DNA of 20,413 nucleotides from Pseudomonadota bacterium (lineage in GTDB: Bacteria; Bdellovibrionota_B; Oligoflexia; Oligoflexales; CAIYRB01), in NCBI GenBank assembly GCA_031416315.1, contig JANOTL010000124.1, positions 1-20,413 on the forward strand, written 5' to 3'. The notes beneath the pieces were generated by a model. The model ran no database searches. It worked only from the letters and a program-made list of their open reading frames with translations, and was not told the origin of the DNA. The position numbers were made by a program, and so were the translations under genes. Below, in pieces: positions 1-7,535 of this stretch; positions within the stretch are counted from its first letter, which is position 1; each line of letters begins with the position of its first letter.

Positions 1-1
1 G

Positions 2-178
2 CCTTCCGACGTCTCCGACCCGATCGCCGCCTCGCAGCGTGGCGACTTGGAAGAAGCCGCGCGTTTGGAGCAGGGCTTGCCTGCGGCCGACTCGACGGTA
101 GCCCCGGGCACCAGTACGACAAGTCCCGATGCCAGCACGGCGCCCGCGTGCGTACCGGACGAAGTCACCACCTGCTGA
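2..178 (+). CDS. 3' end of a hypothetical protein (partial, runs off the window start)
   Basis: Open frame from position 2 (PSDVSDPIAASQRGDLEEAARLEQG...ACVPDEVTTC) ending in TGA 176-178, followed by a terminator. Confidence 0.65.
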   Translation, partial: PSDVSDPIAASQRGDLEEAARLEQGLPAADSTVAPGTSTTSPDASTAPACVPDEVTTC

Positions 179-201
179 CTTCACCCTGTCATGAGATCGC
201 G

Positions 202-233
202 ACGGGCGCCCCTTCGGGCGCCTGTTTTTCTTT
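202..233 (+). terminator. Rho-independent terminator
   Basis: 10-bp stem ACGGGCGCCC / GGGCGCCTGT (one G-U pair), CTTC loop, then TTTTCTTT. Confidence 0.85.
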
Positions 234-253
234 GGCGTCTTTCGCGCCACGGC

Positions 254-262
254 TGCTATGTT
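254..262 (+). promoter_or_regulatory. Extended -10 promoter (TG-C-TATGTT), possibly giving a leaderless mRNA from ATG 270
   Basis: TGnTAnnnT motif 7 nt before the in-frame ATG at 270; no Shine-Dalgarno (SD) upstream. Confidence 0.45.
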
Positions 263-1235
263 CATGCCGATGAAGGACGTTCTCACGGCCGCTGTGCGCC
301 TTGCCGGCAAAGTCCACACCACTCCCGTCGTTCGCTCCCGCCAATTGGACGAGCTCACTGGCGCACGTCTCTTCCTGAAGTGCGAGAATCTTCAGCGCAT
401 CGGCGCTTTCAAGATCCGCGGCGCCACCAACGCCGTCCTCGCGCTCGACCTCGAGTCCGCCGGCCGCGGCGTGCTCACGCACTCCTCGGGCAACCACGGC
501 CAAGCGTTGGCGCTCGCGGCGCGCGAGCGCGGCATTCCTTGCACCGTCGTCATGCCGAGAAACTCCGCAGCGGTAAAGAAGGCGGCCGTCGAAGGCTACG
601 GCGCCCGCGTCGTCGAAAGCGCGCCGGGCAGCGCGGCGCGGGAAGCTCTCACCGCGCAGCTCGCGGCCGAGACCGGCGCGACCGTGATCCATCCGTACGA
701 CCACCGCGACGTGATCGCCGGCCAGGGCACCGCCGCGCTCGAGCTCCTCGCCGCGCATCCGGAGATCGAGATTCTGATCGCGCCGATCGGTGGGGGAGGG
801 CTGCTCGCCGGATCCGCGCTCGCGGCGGAGGCGGTCTTTAACGGCGCGAACGCGAGCTCTGCCAGCACCCACCCCGTTCTCGTCTACGGCGCCGAGCCCG
901 AGACCGCCGACGACGCCGCCCAAAGTCTCGCCGCCGGCCGCATCGTCACCCGCAACGACAACGCGACGATCGCCGACGGCCTGCGCACTGCCGCCGTCGG
1001 CCACCTCGTGTTCCCGATCCTTCAACGGCGCGTCGAGGCGATCCTCACCGTCTCCGAAGCCGAGATCGTGCGCGCGATGCGCTTCGTCTGGGAGCGCCTG
1101 AAGCTCGTGATCGAGCCCTCGTCTGCGGTCGCGGTCGCCGCCGTCCTGCGGCACCGCGAGCTCTTTCAGGGCCGCGCCGTCGGCGTCATCCTCACCGGCG
1201 GCAACGTCGACCTCGACCGTCTGCCCTGGCTCTGA
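258..1235 (+). CDS. PLP-dependent serine racemase / threonine-serine dehydratase family protein (fold type II, no ACT domain); true start may be 264 or 270
   Basis: Motifs LKCENLQRIGAFKIRGA (PLP Lys), THSSGNHGQAL, AGQGT, PIGGGGL, AEPxxADD, TIADGL, IEPS and TGGNVD. Confidence 0.93.
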   Translation: MFMPMKDVLTAAVRLAGKVHTTPVVRSRQLDELTGARLFLKCENLQRIGAFKIRGATNAVLALDLESAGRGVLTHSSGNHGQALALAARERGIPCTVVMPRNSAAVKKAAVEGYGARVVESAPGSAAREALTAQLAAETGATVIHPYDHRDVIAGQGTAALELLAAHPEIEILIAPIGGGGLLAGSALAAEAVFNGANASSASTHPVLVYGAEPETADDAAQSLAAGRIVTRNDNATIADGLRTAAVGHLVFPILQRRVEAILTVSEAEIVRAMRFVWERLKLVIEPSSAVAVAAVLRHRELFQGRAVGVILTGGNVDLDRLPWL

Positions 1236-1244
1236 AGCGCGGCC

Positions 1245-2384
1245 TCAGAGCCCACACTTCTCCACGCACTTCACGATGTCGTTCGCGATCCACCCGGCAA
1301 AAAACGAGTCCTTCGGCAAGCCCGCCCCGATCTTCGCCCGCAACGCGCAAGACAGGAGCGGTCTTTTCGCCTCGCCCCCAGTCGTCTCCATCGACTGCCC
1401 GAGTAGCGCGTTCCACGCGTCGTACTCCCACTGCTTCGTGAAGCCGGCGATCTTCGCCTCGAACGGCAGAAAACCCTGCGCCGCCGGATAGGCGACGGCC
1501 AGCTCCGCTTCCGGCGTGTCGTTCTTCCACTCGAAGTGCAGGCTCGTCTCGTCGACACAGGTCAAGCGCGGCGAGTTGGGGACCATGTAGTAGATCGGCA
1601 CGTTCTTCGGCGCCTCGACGCGCACGTGCACGACCTCCGGTGCGGGCTGCGCCCAAAGCTTGAGCGGCGTCAAAACGTAGCGCACGACCTCCCCGAGGAA
1701 AGGCGACGCGCCTGCGTACCGCGCCTCCGCCGCGCTCCTCTGGTCGAACCAGAGCACCGTCCCCGTCGGAAAGTGCGAGCCTTCGTACATGCCATTGGTG
1801 TAGTCGACGCCGAAGTCATACTCGCTCACGAGCTGCACGACCTTCCCCTTCTTGAAGGACGCGGTCCAGGTGAACGCCGGCGAGGCCGGCCCGTCGGGCG
1901 TGGCGCTCGCGACCGTCTCTTGCTCGATCTTCTTCGGCGCGTCGCCGTCGACCAGAACCTTGAAATTCTTCACGCCCGGCACCATCAGGTCGACCCGCCC
2001 GTTCTCGTCGCCGGTCACGTAGGCCCAGGACGGTACGGGAAAACCCATCTTCACGTCCTTGACGTCCGCCAGAGCCTCGACGACGTAGACCGCCTTCGCA
2101 TGCCACTTCGTGCGCAGGACCTTGCCGAGCGAGTCGATCGGTGGACCTTTCGGACAAGGCACGTCGTCGCCGATCGCCGCCTTGTTCTCCTTCGCGCTCA
2201 CCGTCACGGCGTAGCACTTCACCTCGGCGAGCGGCGTGATCTCGAGGTCCTCGCGCTTCACCCGCAGCTTGTCGTTCGCCATCGGCGCGAGCGTCGCGCC
2301 CGAGCCCTGATAGAAGCCGTCGTTCGCGCGCGCGGCCCCCGCGCTCCATCCCGCCATTGCCAGCACCAAGATAAGTCCGCGCAC
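1245..2384 (-). CDS. Secreted protein, DUF4424-like
   Basis: GTG start with GGAG SD; signal peptide ending ARA|ND; N-terminal NDGFYQGSGATLAP...REDLEI and later MGFP resemble DUF4424 proteins. Confidence 0.7.
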   Translation of the reverse strand: MRGLILVLAMAGWSAGAARANDGFYQGSGATLAPMANDKLRVKREDLEITPLAEVKCYAVTVSAKENKAAIGDDVPCPKGPPIDSLGKVLRTKWHAKAVYVVEALADVKDVKMGFPVPSWAYVTGDENGRVDLMVPGVKNFKVLVDGDAPKKIEQETVASATPDGPASPAFTWTASFKKGKVVQLVSEYDFGVDYTNGMYEGSHFPTGTVLWFDQRSAAEARYAGASPFLGEVVRYVLTPLKLWAQPAPEVVHVRVEAPKNVPIYYMVPNSPRLTCVDETSLHFEWKNDTPEAELAVAYPAAQGFLPFEAKIAGFTKQWEYDAWNALLGQSMETTGGEAKRPLLSCALRAKIGAGLPKDSFFAGWIANDIVKCVEKCGL

Positions 2385-2395
2385 CGTCCACTCCG

Positions 2396-2446
2396 AAAAA
2401 GCAAAACGGCGGCCCAGCTTCGATGTCTTCGATGCTCGCCGCCGCT
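2396..2446 (-). terminator. Probable Rho-independent terminator after the peroxiredoxin gene
   Basis: On the minus strand, AGCGGCGGC...GCCGCCGTT stem with inner TCGA pairing, followed by TTGCTTTTT. Confidence 0.6.
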
Positions 2447-2467
2447 CCGTACTTTAACCGCGAATGC

Positions 2468-3049
2468 TTACTTCTTGAAGTAAGCCTTGAGGCCCGCCTG
2501 GTCGGCTTTCATGGCCTTGTCGCCCTTTTTCCAGTTCGCCGGGCACACTTCGCCGTGCTCTTCGTGGTATTGGAGCGCCTCGACGAGGCGGAGCATCTCG
2601 TCGACGTTGCGGCCGAGCGGCAGGTCGTTGATCGTCTGCTGGCGGACTTTGCCCTGCTTGTCGATGAGGAAGGTGCCGCGGAAGGCGACGCCGTCGTTTG
2701 GCACGAGCACGTCGTAGTCGCGCGCGATCGTCTTGTTGATGTCGGAGACGATCGGGTACTTGACGCCTTCGATGCCGCCGTCCTCACGCTTCGTGTTGAG
2801 CCACGCGAGGTGCGAGAACTGGCTGTCGACGGAGACGCCGATCACTTCCGTGTTCAGCTTCTTGAACGCCTCGGCCTTCTCCTGGAAAGCGTGCATCTCG
2901 GTCGGGCACACGAAGGTGAAGTCGAGCGGGTAGAAGAAGAGGCACACGTATTTGCCGCGATAGTCGCTGAGGCTGATCTGCTTGAAGTCGCCGTTGACGA
3001 CGGCGGTGGCTTTGAAATCCGGGGCTTGACGGCCGACGAGAACACCCAT
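2468..3049 (-). CDS. ahpC: Typical 2-Cys peroxiredoxin (AhpC/Prx1 family), 193 aa
   Basis: [13 protein letters not shown] (peroxidatic Cys), [14 protein letters not shown] (resolving Cys); ATG at 3049 has an AAGGAG SD, so the track's start at 3106 is over-extended. Confidence 0.96.
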   Translation of the reverse strand: MGVLVGRQAPDFKATAVVNGDFKQISLSDYRGKYVCLFFYPLDFTFVCPTEMHAFQEKAEAFKKLNTEVIGVSVDSQFSHLAWLNTKREDGGIEGVKYPIVSDINKTIARDYDVLVPNDGVAFRGTFLIDKQGKVRQQTINDLPLGRNVDEMLRLVEALQYHEEHGEVCPANWKKGDKAMKADQAGLKAYFKK

Positions 3050-3134
3050 GGCTTGCTCCTTCAAATTTAGACTTGCAGGAGACCACGGATTCGCGCCCGC
3101 GGTCAACCGCGATAAACCCCGTCTTTACAGAGAT

Positions 3135-4091
3135 TTAAAGCGGGCTTGCCGTTGATTTGACCGGCCAGAAGCGGGCGCCCACGGCCTGCGGCAGAAAGAG
3201 CGCCTTCCGGCCTTGGCCCCGGTCGAAGACGTAGGCACGCATGCCGACCCCGCCGGCGCCGCTCGCCTCCGACAGGAGGACGTAATCCGCCGCCGCGCTC
3301 TGCGTCAGCGCGTCGGTCGCCGCGAACGGAAAATCGGGGAGCGCCGCGAGCTTCTGCCGCCCCTCGGCATCGGCCGGCAGTCGTTTCGCTTCCGCCGCCA
3401 GGCGCCGCAAGGCCGGGTCCGCGGCGAGTCGCTTCGCCGTCGCAAGAGCCGAGACGCCCGGGGCGCCGATCTCACAGCATTTCGTCGCCACGGTCTCCTC
3501 GCGCCGCCACGCCGCGCCGTCGTAGCGCCAGGCGTGCGCCAAGGCATCCAAGCCCTCGGGATGCGCCGAGCGCGGATAGCGATGACCACGGTACTCGAGG
3601 TGGAGCGACACGCCGCTCGGTGTAGGCTCGTCCAGCTGAAAGTTCTGATCGAGGACAAAGGCCCAAGGCATGCCGCTCGTGTCGAAGGCGAGCGCTAGCC
3701 CTTCGGTGGCCGGCGGCGACGGCAGTCGCACGCGCCCGTGCCGGCGCAGGTCGACGTCGAAGATCAGCAAATCCATGGACCGCCCGTCCAGGTCCCCGTC
3801 GAAAGCCACCAATGCCCGCTCGAGCCCCGGCGAGAACGCGACGCGTGGCCGCACGCAGTCGGTGGGAAACACGGTGAGCGTCTCGCGCTCCTCGGCGCCG
3901 ATGACGTGCCGGTACCAGGCGCAGCCGCCGGCGTGCGGCTCGAAGTATGTGAGTGCCACAGGCTCGGCCCGCCACGTCTCGGGCGCGAGCCGCTGAAAGG
4001 CGAAGACGGCGCACGCGACCACGAGCCCGGCAGCGCCGAGGAGCCAAGGCGCAAACCGCCGCGAAAGTGGTAAACTCGGGCTTAGATTCAT
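3135..4091 (-). CDS. Hypothetical protein with N-terminal membrane anchor or signal
   Basis: Long ORF with GC3-biased codons; hydrophobic WLLGAAGLVVACAVFAF segment; beta-rich body; ATG at 4091. Confidence 0.7.
   Translation of the reverse strand: MNLSPSLPLSRRFAPWLLGAAGLVVACAVFAFQRLAPETWRAEPVALTYFEPHAGGCAWYRHVIGAEERETLTVFPTDCVRPRVAFSPGLERALVAFDGDLDGRSMDLLIFDVDLRRHGRVRLPSPPATEGLALAFDTSGMPWAFVLDQNFQLDEPTPSGVSLHLEYRGHRYPRSAHPEGLDALAHAWRYDGAAWRREETVATKCCEIGAPGVSALATAKRLAADPALRRLAAEAKRLPADAEGRQKLAALPDFPFAATDALTQSAAADYVLLSEASGAGGVGMRAYVFDRGQGRKALFLPQAVGARFWPVKSTASPL
4068..4076 (+). promoter_or_regulatory. Extended -10 (TG-G-TAAACT) for the lipoprotein gene at 4106
   Basis: TGnTAnnnT about 30 nt upstream of ATG 4106, in an AT-rich patch. 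Confidence 0.5.
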
Positions 4092-4097
4092 CAAACG

Positions 4098-4106
4098 AGG
4101 TTAGCA
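4098..4106 (-). promoter_or_regulatory. Extended -10 (TG-C-TAACCT), leaderless promoter for the 4091 gene
   Basis: Minus strand reads TGCTAACCT-CGTTTG-ATG (6-nt spacer), no SD. Confidence 0.5.
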
Positions 4107-5824
4107 TGAGCTTCACTCCGGCCCGCACGTCGATTGCCGCGGTCCTCGCGTGTCTCGCCCTCAGCGGCTGCCTCCGCGGCAAAGACGATGAGGAGGCGCC
4201 GGCCGCCCCCGCGCGCGCCTGGGCCTTCGTCAATGAGGACGACCGCGACACGGCCGCGCCGAAGCTCGAGCGCCTCGCCTCGCTTTTGAGCAGCGCGCGT
4301 CGCGTCCTCCCGGAGGAGGCCGTCGCGGAGGGCGCCGATCCGCTCGCCTCGCCTTCGCGCTGTGCGACGCCGATCGACGCGTTCTTTCTCCACGCGCCGC
4401 CGTCGCCGCCCGTCCGGGGCTACGCCCTCGCCGCGGGCTCCGGCTGCGACGCGGCCTTAGTCGACTTGCGAAGCAAGCTTCGCGCCGCGCTCGGTACCGC
4501 TGCGCGCGCCGAGTTCCTGACGTGTGCTGTCGCGCCGAACGCCATCTACTGCGGCCTCCGCGTCGAGGACCTCGCCCCGACGCGCGGCCTCGCCGCCATC
4601 GGCTTGCGCTTCACCGCCATCGACCTTCCCGCCGCTGCGCGCTACCAAGAGGAGACGCTCGCGGGCAGCGCGGCGACGACCGTCGCGACGCAGACGCGCG
4701 TGATCGGTGGCTGCGCGATGAAAAACGGCGACTGCGGCGCGCTGCCCCAGGGCGTGACCGGCTACGCCGTCGAAGGCAAGAGCGAGCTCACCGCCGCGCT
4801 CGAGGCCCGCACGATCGAGATCGCCAGCGCCTTCGACCTCGCTTTCGAGCTGACGCACGCCGCCGCGAGCGGTCCGCAAGCGGGCGGTCTCGCCGGGACG
4901 CTCACGTCGCGCATCTCGCTCAGCGGCTTGGGAGAAGGGGAGGCGGCACGCGCCAAGGAGCACGTCGAGCTCGTGCTCGAAGCCGCCGGCGGGGCACCTT
5001 TCGCCGCGACCGAAGGCGAGCGCCGCATGGTCGTCGACCTCGAGATCATCGAGCGCGACGAGGGCCGCCGGCTCGTTCGAGGCGACGTTTTCGCCGGCGA
5101 CGGCACGCCGGTTCAGGCTCCGTTCGCGCTGATGCTCACGCCGCATGAAAGCGGCTGCGTCGCGACCTCTCTCGATCCGGGCGCCGCGCTCGTAGAATCA
5201 GAGCTCGCCGAAGCGACCGGCAGCAATCCTGGACCGACCAAGCCGCTCGAGGCCGAAACCTTGGTCGGCGATTGGGACCAAGCTTGTGCCTCTGGCGCCC
5301 TGGGCCGATTCGGCGAGCTCACCAGCTACGCGGAGACCGTGAGCTTCGGCGCGCCCGACGCCGCCGGCACCGCGCGTTACACCCATCGCCTCACGCCGTT
5401 CACCGACCGAGAATGCTTCGGCGGCCACGAGGCCGCGGTCCTCGAGCTGGTCGGCACCTACATCGTCTCGCCTTCGCCGGTGCCGGCCGTGGATCTCGAG
5501 CTCGACTACGAATACGCCGAGCTTTCGGTGACGCTGATCGACGCGACGACGGTCGGTAAATTCAACGCCGGCTCGGTCTGCGGCCATCGCGACTGGGAGC
5601 AGAACAAAACCTTCCGCTTCCGCGCCGGCGAATGCTACTTCGACCTTGGCGCCGCCGCCATGATGGGACTTTCGACCTTGCGCCGCACGCGCGAGTTCAG
5701 CGGCGTCCGTGCGGAACGAGCGCGGCTCGCGGCGTTTGGGCGGCCGGATGGGGAGAGCGGGGATAGCGCCGAGCTCAGGGCGGTGCCGGCTGCCGGGCGA
5801 GGGCGGCGGTTCCTGAAGCGCTGA
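4106..5824 (+). CDS. Large hypothetical lipoprotein (572 aa)
   Basis: ATG 4106 with GAGG SD; lipobox LSG|C; several Cys pairs; C-terminal beta-rich domain (LVGDWDQAC...FTDREC...NAGSVCGHRDW). Confidence 0.8.
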   Translation: MSFTPARTSIAAVLACLALSGCLRGKDDEEAPAAPARAWAFVNEDDRDTAAPKLERLASLLSSARRVLPEEAVAEGADPLASPSRCATPIDAFFLHAPPSPPVRGYALAAGSGCDAALVDLRSKLRAALGTAARAEFLTCAVAPNAIYCGLRVEDLAPTRGLAAIGLRFTAIDLPAAARYQEETLAGSAATTVATQTRVIGGCAMKNGDCGALPQGVTGYAVEGKSELTAALEARTIEIASAFDLAFELTHAAASGPQAGGLAGTLTSRISLSGLGEGEAARAKEHVELVLEAAGGAPFAATEGERRMVVDLEIIERDEGRRLVRGDVFAGDGTPVQAPFALMLTPHESGCVATSLDPGAALVESELAEATGSNPGPTKPLEAETLVGDWDQACASGALGRFGELTSYAETVSFGAPDAAGTARYTHRLTPFTDRECFGGHEAAVLELVGTYIVSPSPVPAVDLELDYEYAELSVTLIDATTVGKFNAGSVCGHRDWEQNKTFRFRAGECYFDLGAAAMMGLSTLRRTREFSGVRAERARLAAFGRPDGESGDSAELRAVPAAGRGRRFLKR

Positions 5825-5836
5825 ACGCGACCTTTA

Positions 5837-5882
5837 CCGTCTCATTAAGGAGCGACGGAATCGTGTCTCGATAAGGCGACAC
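5837..5882 (+). promoter_or_regulatory. Two tandem imperfect inverted repeats, candidate enhancer (bEBP UAS) sites
   Basis: CCGTC-N12-GACGG (5837-5858) and GTGTC-N10-GACAC (5863-5882); both contain GTCTCnnTAAGG; centred about -114 and -89 from the inferred +1. Confidence 0.5.
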
Positions 5883-5917
5883 ACCCGTCGCGAGCGACAG
5901 CCACCTCGCGTGTGATG

Positions 5918-5930
5918 TATCAACCGCTTA
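5918..5930 (+). promoter_or_regulatory. IHF binding site
   Basis: TATCAACCGCTTA is an exact match to WATCAANNNNTTR and lies between the UAS and the sigma54 box. Confidence 0.65.
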
Positions 5931-5934
5931 CCCC

Positions 5935-5950
5935 GGGCATACGCATTGCA
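5935..5950 (+). promoter_or_regulatory. Sigma54 (-24/-12) promoter
   Basis: GGGCATACGCATTGCA = GG-N10-GC, close to the TGGCAC-N5-TTGCW consensus; +1 would be about 5961, ahead of the GGAGGT SD and ATG 5985. Confidence 0.75.
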
Positions 5951-5984
5951 AAAGGCATATCCGGATCAAAAGCGGAGGTGCCTC

Positions 5985-6377
5985 ATGAACCCCAGCGACG
6001 CCAAGCGTACGGTGCACGAAACCTTTCGTTACGCCGGCTACGACCACGAGGAAGATTACTTCTACAGCGCGAATCGAGCGCTGATCGAGCGCACGCGCAA
6101 AGAGCTCGACGCCAAGCGCCTAGAACGCGAAGCCGAGAGCCGCAGCGCGATGCATTGGCACAAGTGTCCGAAGTGCGGCGGAGCAATGAGTGAGCTCGAG
6201 ACCTTCGGCGTCATGGGCGACGTGTGCAAGGACTGCGGCGGCGTCTTCTTCGACCGCGCCGAGCTCGCGGCGCTGACGACGACGGAGAAGTCGAACAACG
6301 TCCTCGCCGCAATCCGCAAGATCTTGAAGGCCGCGATCACGCCGCGCCAAGCGCAGCTGTACGACATTCCGATCTAA
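5985..6377 (+). CDS. zf-TFIIB-type zinc-ribbon domain protein with N-terminal coiled coil (130 aa)
   Basis: GGAGGT SD before ATG 5985; EEDYF...coiled coil...CPKCGGAM...DVCKDCGGVFFDRAEL matches the bacterial zf-TFIIB pattern. Confidence 0.88.
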   Translation: MNPSDAKRTVHETFRYAGYDHEEDYFYSANRALIERTRKELDAKRLEREAESRSAMHWHKCPKCGGAMSELETFGVMGDVCKDCGGVFFDRAELAALTTTEKSNNVLAAIRKILKAAITPRQAQLYDIPI

Positions 6378-6386
6378 TGCGGGCGG

Positions 6387-6479
6387 CAGCCGAGAGCCGG
6401 GGGCGCAACGGTACCGCATCCGAGTGCCGGAGCTGAAAATCAGCTCCGTTGGCCGGATGCGGTCTACAGGCTTCGGCTG
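6387..6479. repeat. Long imperfect palindrome, GTAG-type REP-like element
   Basis: Nested stems CAGCCGA/TCGGCTG, ACCGCATCCG/CGGATGCGGT (10 bp perfect) and CGGAGCTGA/TCAGCTCCG (9 bp perfect, AAA loop); on the minus strand GTAG (6467-6464) directly precedes the 10-bp stem. Confidence 0.6.
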
Positions 6480-6511
6480 GCGGGCGTACAACGTCAGCAT
6501 TCCCGATTTCC

Positions 6512-6520
6512 TGGTACAAT
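6512..6520 (+). promoter_or_regulatory. Extended -10 (TG-G-TACAAT) upstream of the LpxR-like gene
   Basis: Near-consensus TGnTATAAT. Confidence 0.55.
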
Positions 6521-6649
6521 CGAGGTAAGAATTGCTGTCTCCTTGCCAGCATCGCCCGTCCGGCGAAATCTCCGAGCATCCAATTCAGGGAGTGGGTCAT
6601 CGACAGCTGGACATTCCTAGTTCGGATCGGCGTATTTGCATGCGTCACT

Positions 6650-7534
6650 ATGACTGCGGCCGCCGAAGCAGCGCCTGAAAAAAAGGCGAAAGCACGCACG
6701 CCCGCTCTCCAGCCGAGCTTCGCCAGCGGCAACGTCACCGGCGCGCCGGGAGAGTCGGGGACCATGTTTCTGCTGGACGACGCCGTGTACGTCAACCCGC
6801 TGAACAACGACATCGCCGGTAAGACCGATAAGTTTTTGACCCACAGCACCCGTCTCGGGGTCGTTCACCGCGGCAACAACGAAGGCTTTGACGCACGGGC
6901 GGGATGGCGCTTCATTACCCCTTCCTACGAGATCCAAGACGGCGTCGAGGTGCGTCCGCCGGTCGGGAAGTATGGGGACTGGGCCGAGCTGCAGCTCGCC
7001 TACGGGCTCCTGATCGGAGACCCGGCGAAAGGGCCCGCGCCGCGGTTACAGCTCGAGGCAGGGCTCGGTCATCTCGGCCCGAAAGGGGCGCGCGAGGTGC
7101 AAGTGGGCCTGCACAAGGAACTGGGTAATGCCTGGGAGCACCTGACCTGGGCCGATCAGAAACGTGGCGTGACGACGAGCGGCGGACTCGAGGCGGGAAT
7201 GGCCACGGCCGCATTTGGGCCGCGAGCCTTCCGCTTCGAGGGCTACGGCGGTTTGGGGACGACGATGAGTCCCGTCATGTTCCAAAGCGTCGCGCGCGGC
7301 GCCTTGGTCGGTCGCCACTCGCGCTCCCTAGCGGCAGCGCTCGAAATGCGGGTTTACCGCCAGTTCGGCAGTCTCATTTTCACAGATCTGCTCACGTATC
7401 GTGTGGAGCTCGCGCTCGGCCTGCTCCTGACGCGCTGGTACAAGCCGACCATCTCGGTGGTCGGGCCCTACCACAAAGGCGATGACAAAATGCAGGTGTT
7501 CTTTGACGTCATTAACCTCAACTGGCCCTTGTAA
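6650..7534 (+). CDS. Lipid A deacylase LpxR family outer-membrane beta-barrel; start uncertain, possibly about 6599
   Basis: NNDIAGKTDKFLTH (cf. END...D.YYT.G), RPPVGKYGDW, LGHLGP..AREVQ..LH.......W..Q are LpxR/DUF2219 motifs. Confidence 0.72.
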   Translation: MTAAAEAAPEKKAKARTPALQPSFASGNVTGAPGESGTMFLLDDAVYVNPLNNDIAGKTDKFLTHSTRLGVVHRGNNEGFDARAGWRFITPSYEIQDGVEVRPPVGKYGDWAELQLAYGLLIGDPAKGPAPRLQLEAGLGHLGPKGAREVQVGLHKELGNAWEHLTWADQKRGVTTSGGLEAGMATAAFGPRAFRFEGYGGLGTTMSPVMFQSVARGALVGRHSRSLAAALEMRVYRQFGSLIFTDLLTYRVELALGLLLTRWYKPTISVVGPYHKGDDKMQVFFDVINLNWPL

Positions 7535-7535
7535 G

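Noticed and set aside
3953..4105. N-terminal extension of the large lipoprotein
   Set aside because: Overlaps the divergent gene; the signal peptide and SD start at 4106
6387..6479. Hairpin as a tRNA, SRP RNA or riboswitch
   Set aside because: No cloverleaf or T-loop, no SRP GGAA-loop motif, and no riboswitch consensus that I recognise
6678..6684. A7 run near the start of the LpxR-like gene as a phase-variation tract
   Set aside because: Short, in frame, and explained by Glu-Lys-Lys codons
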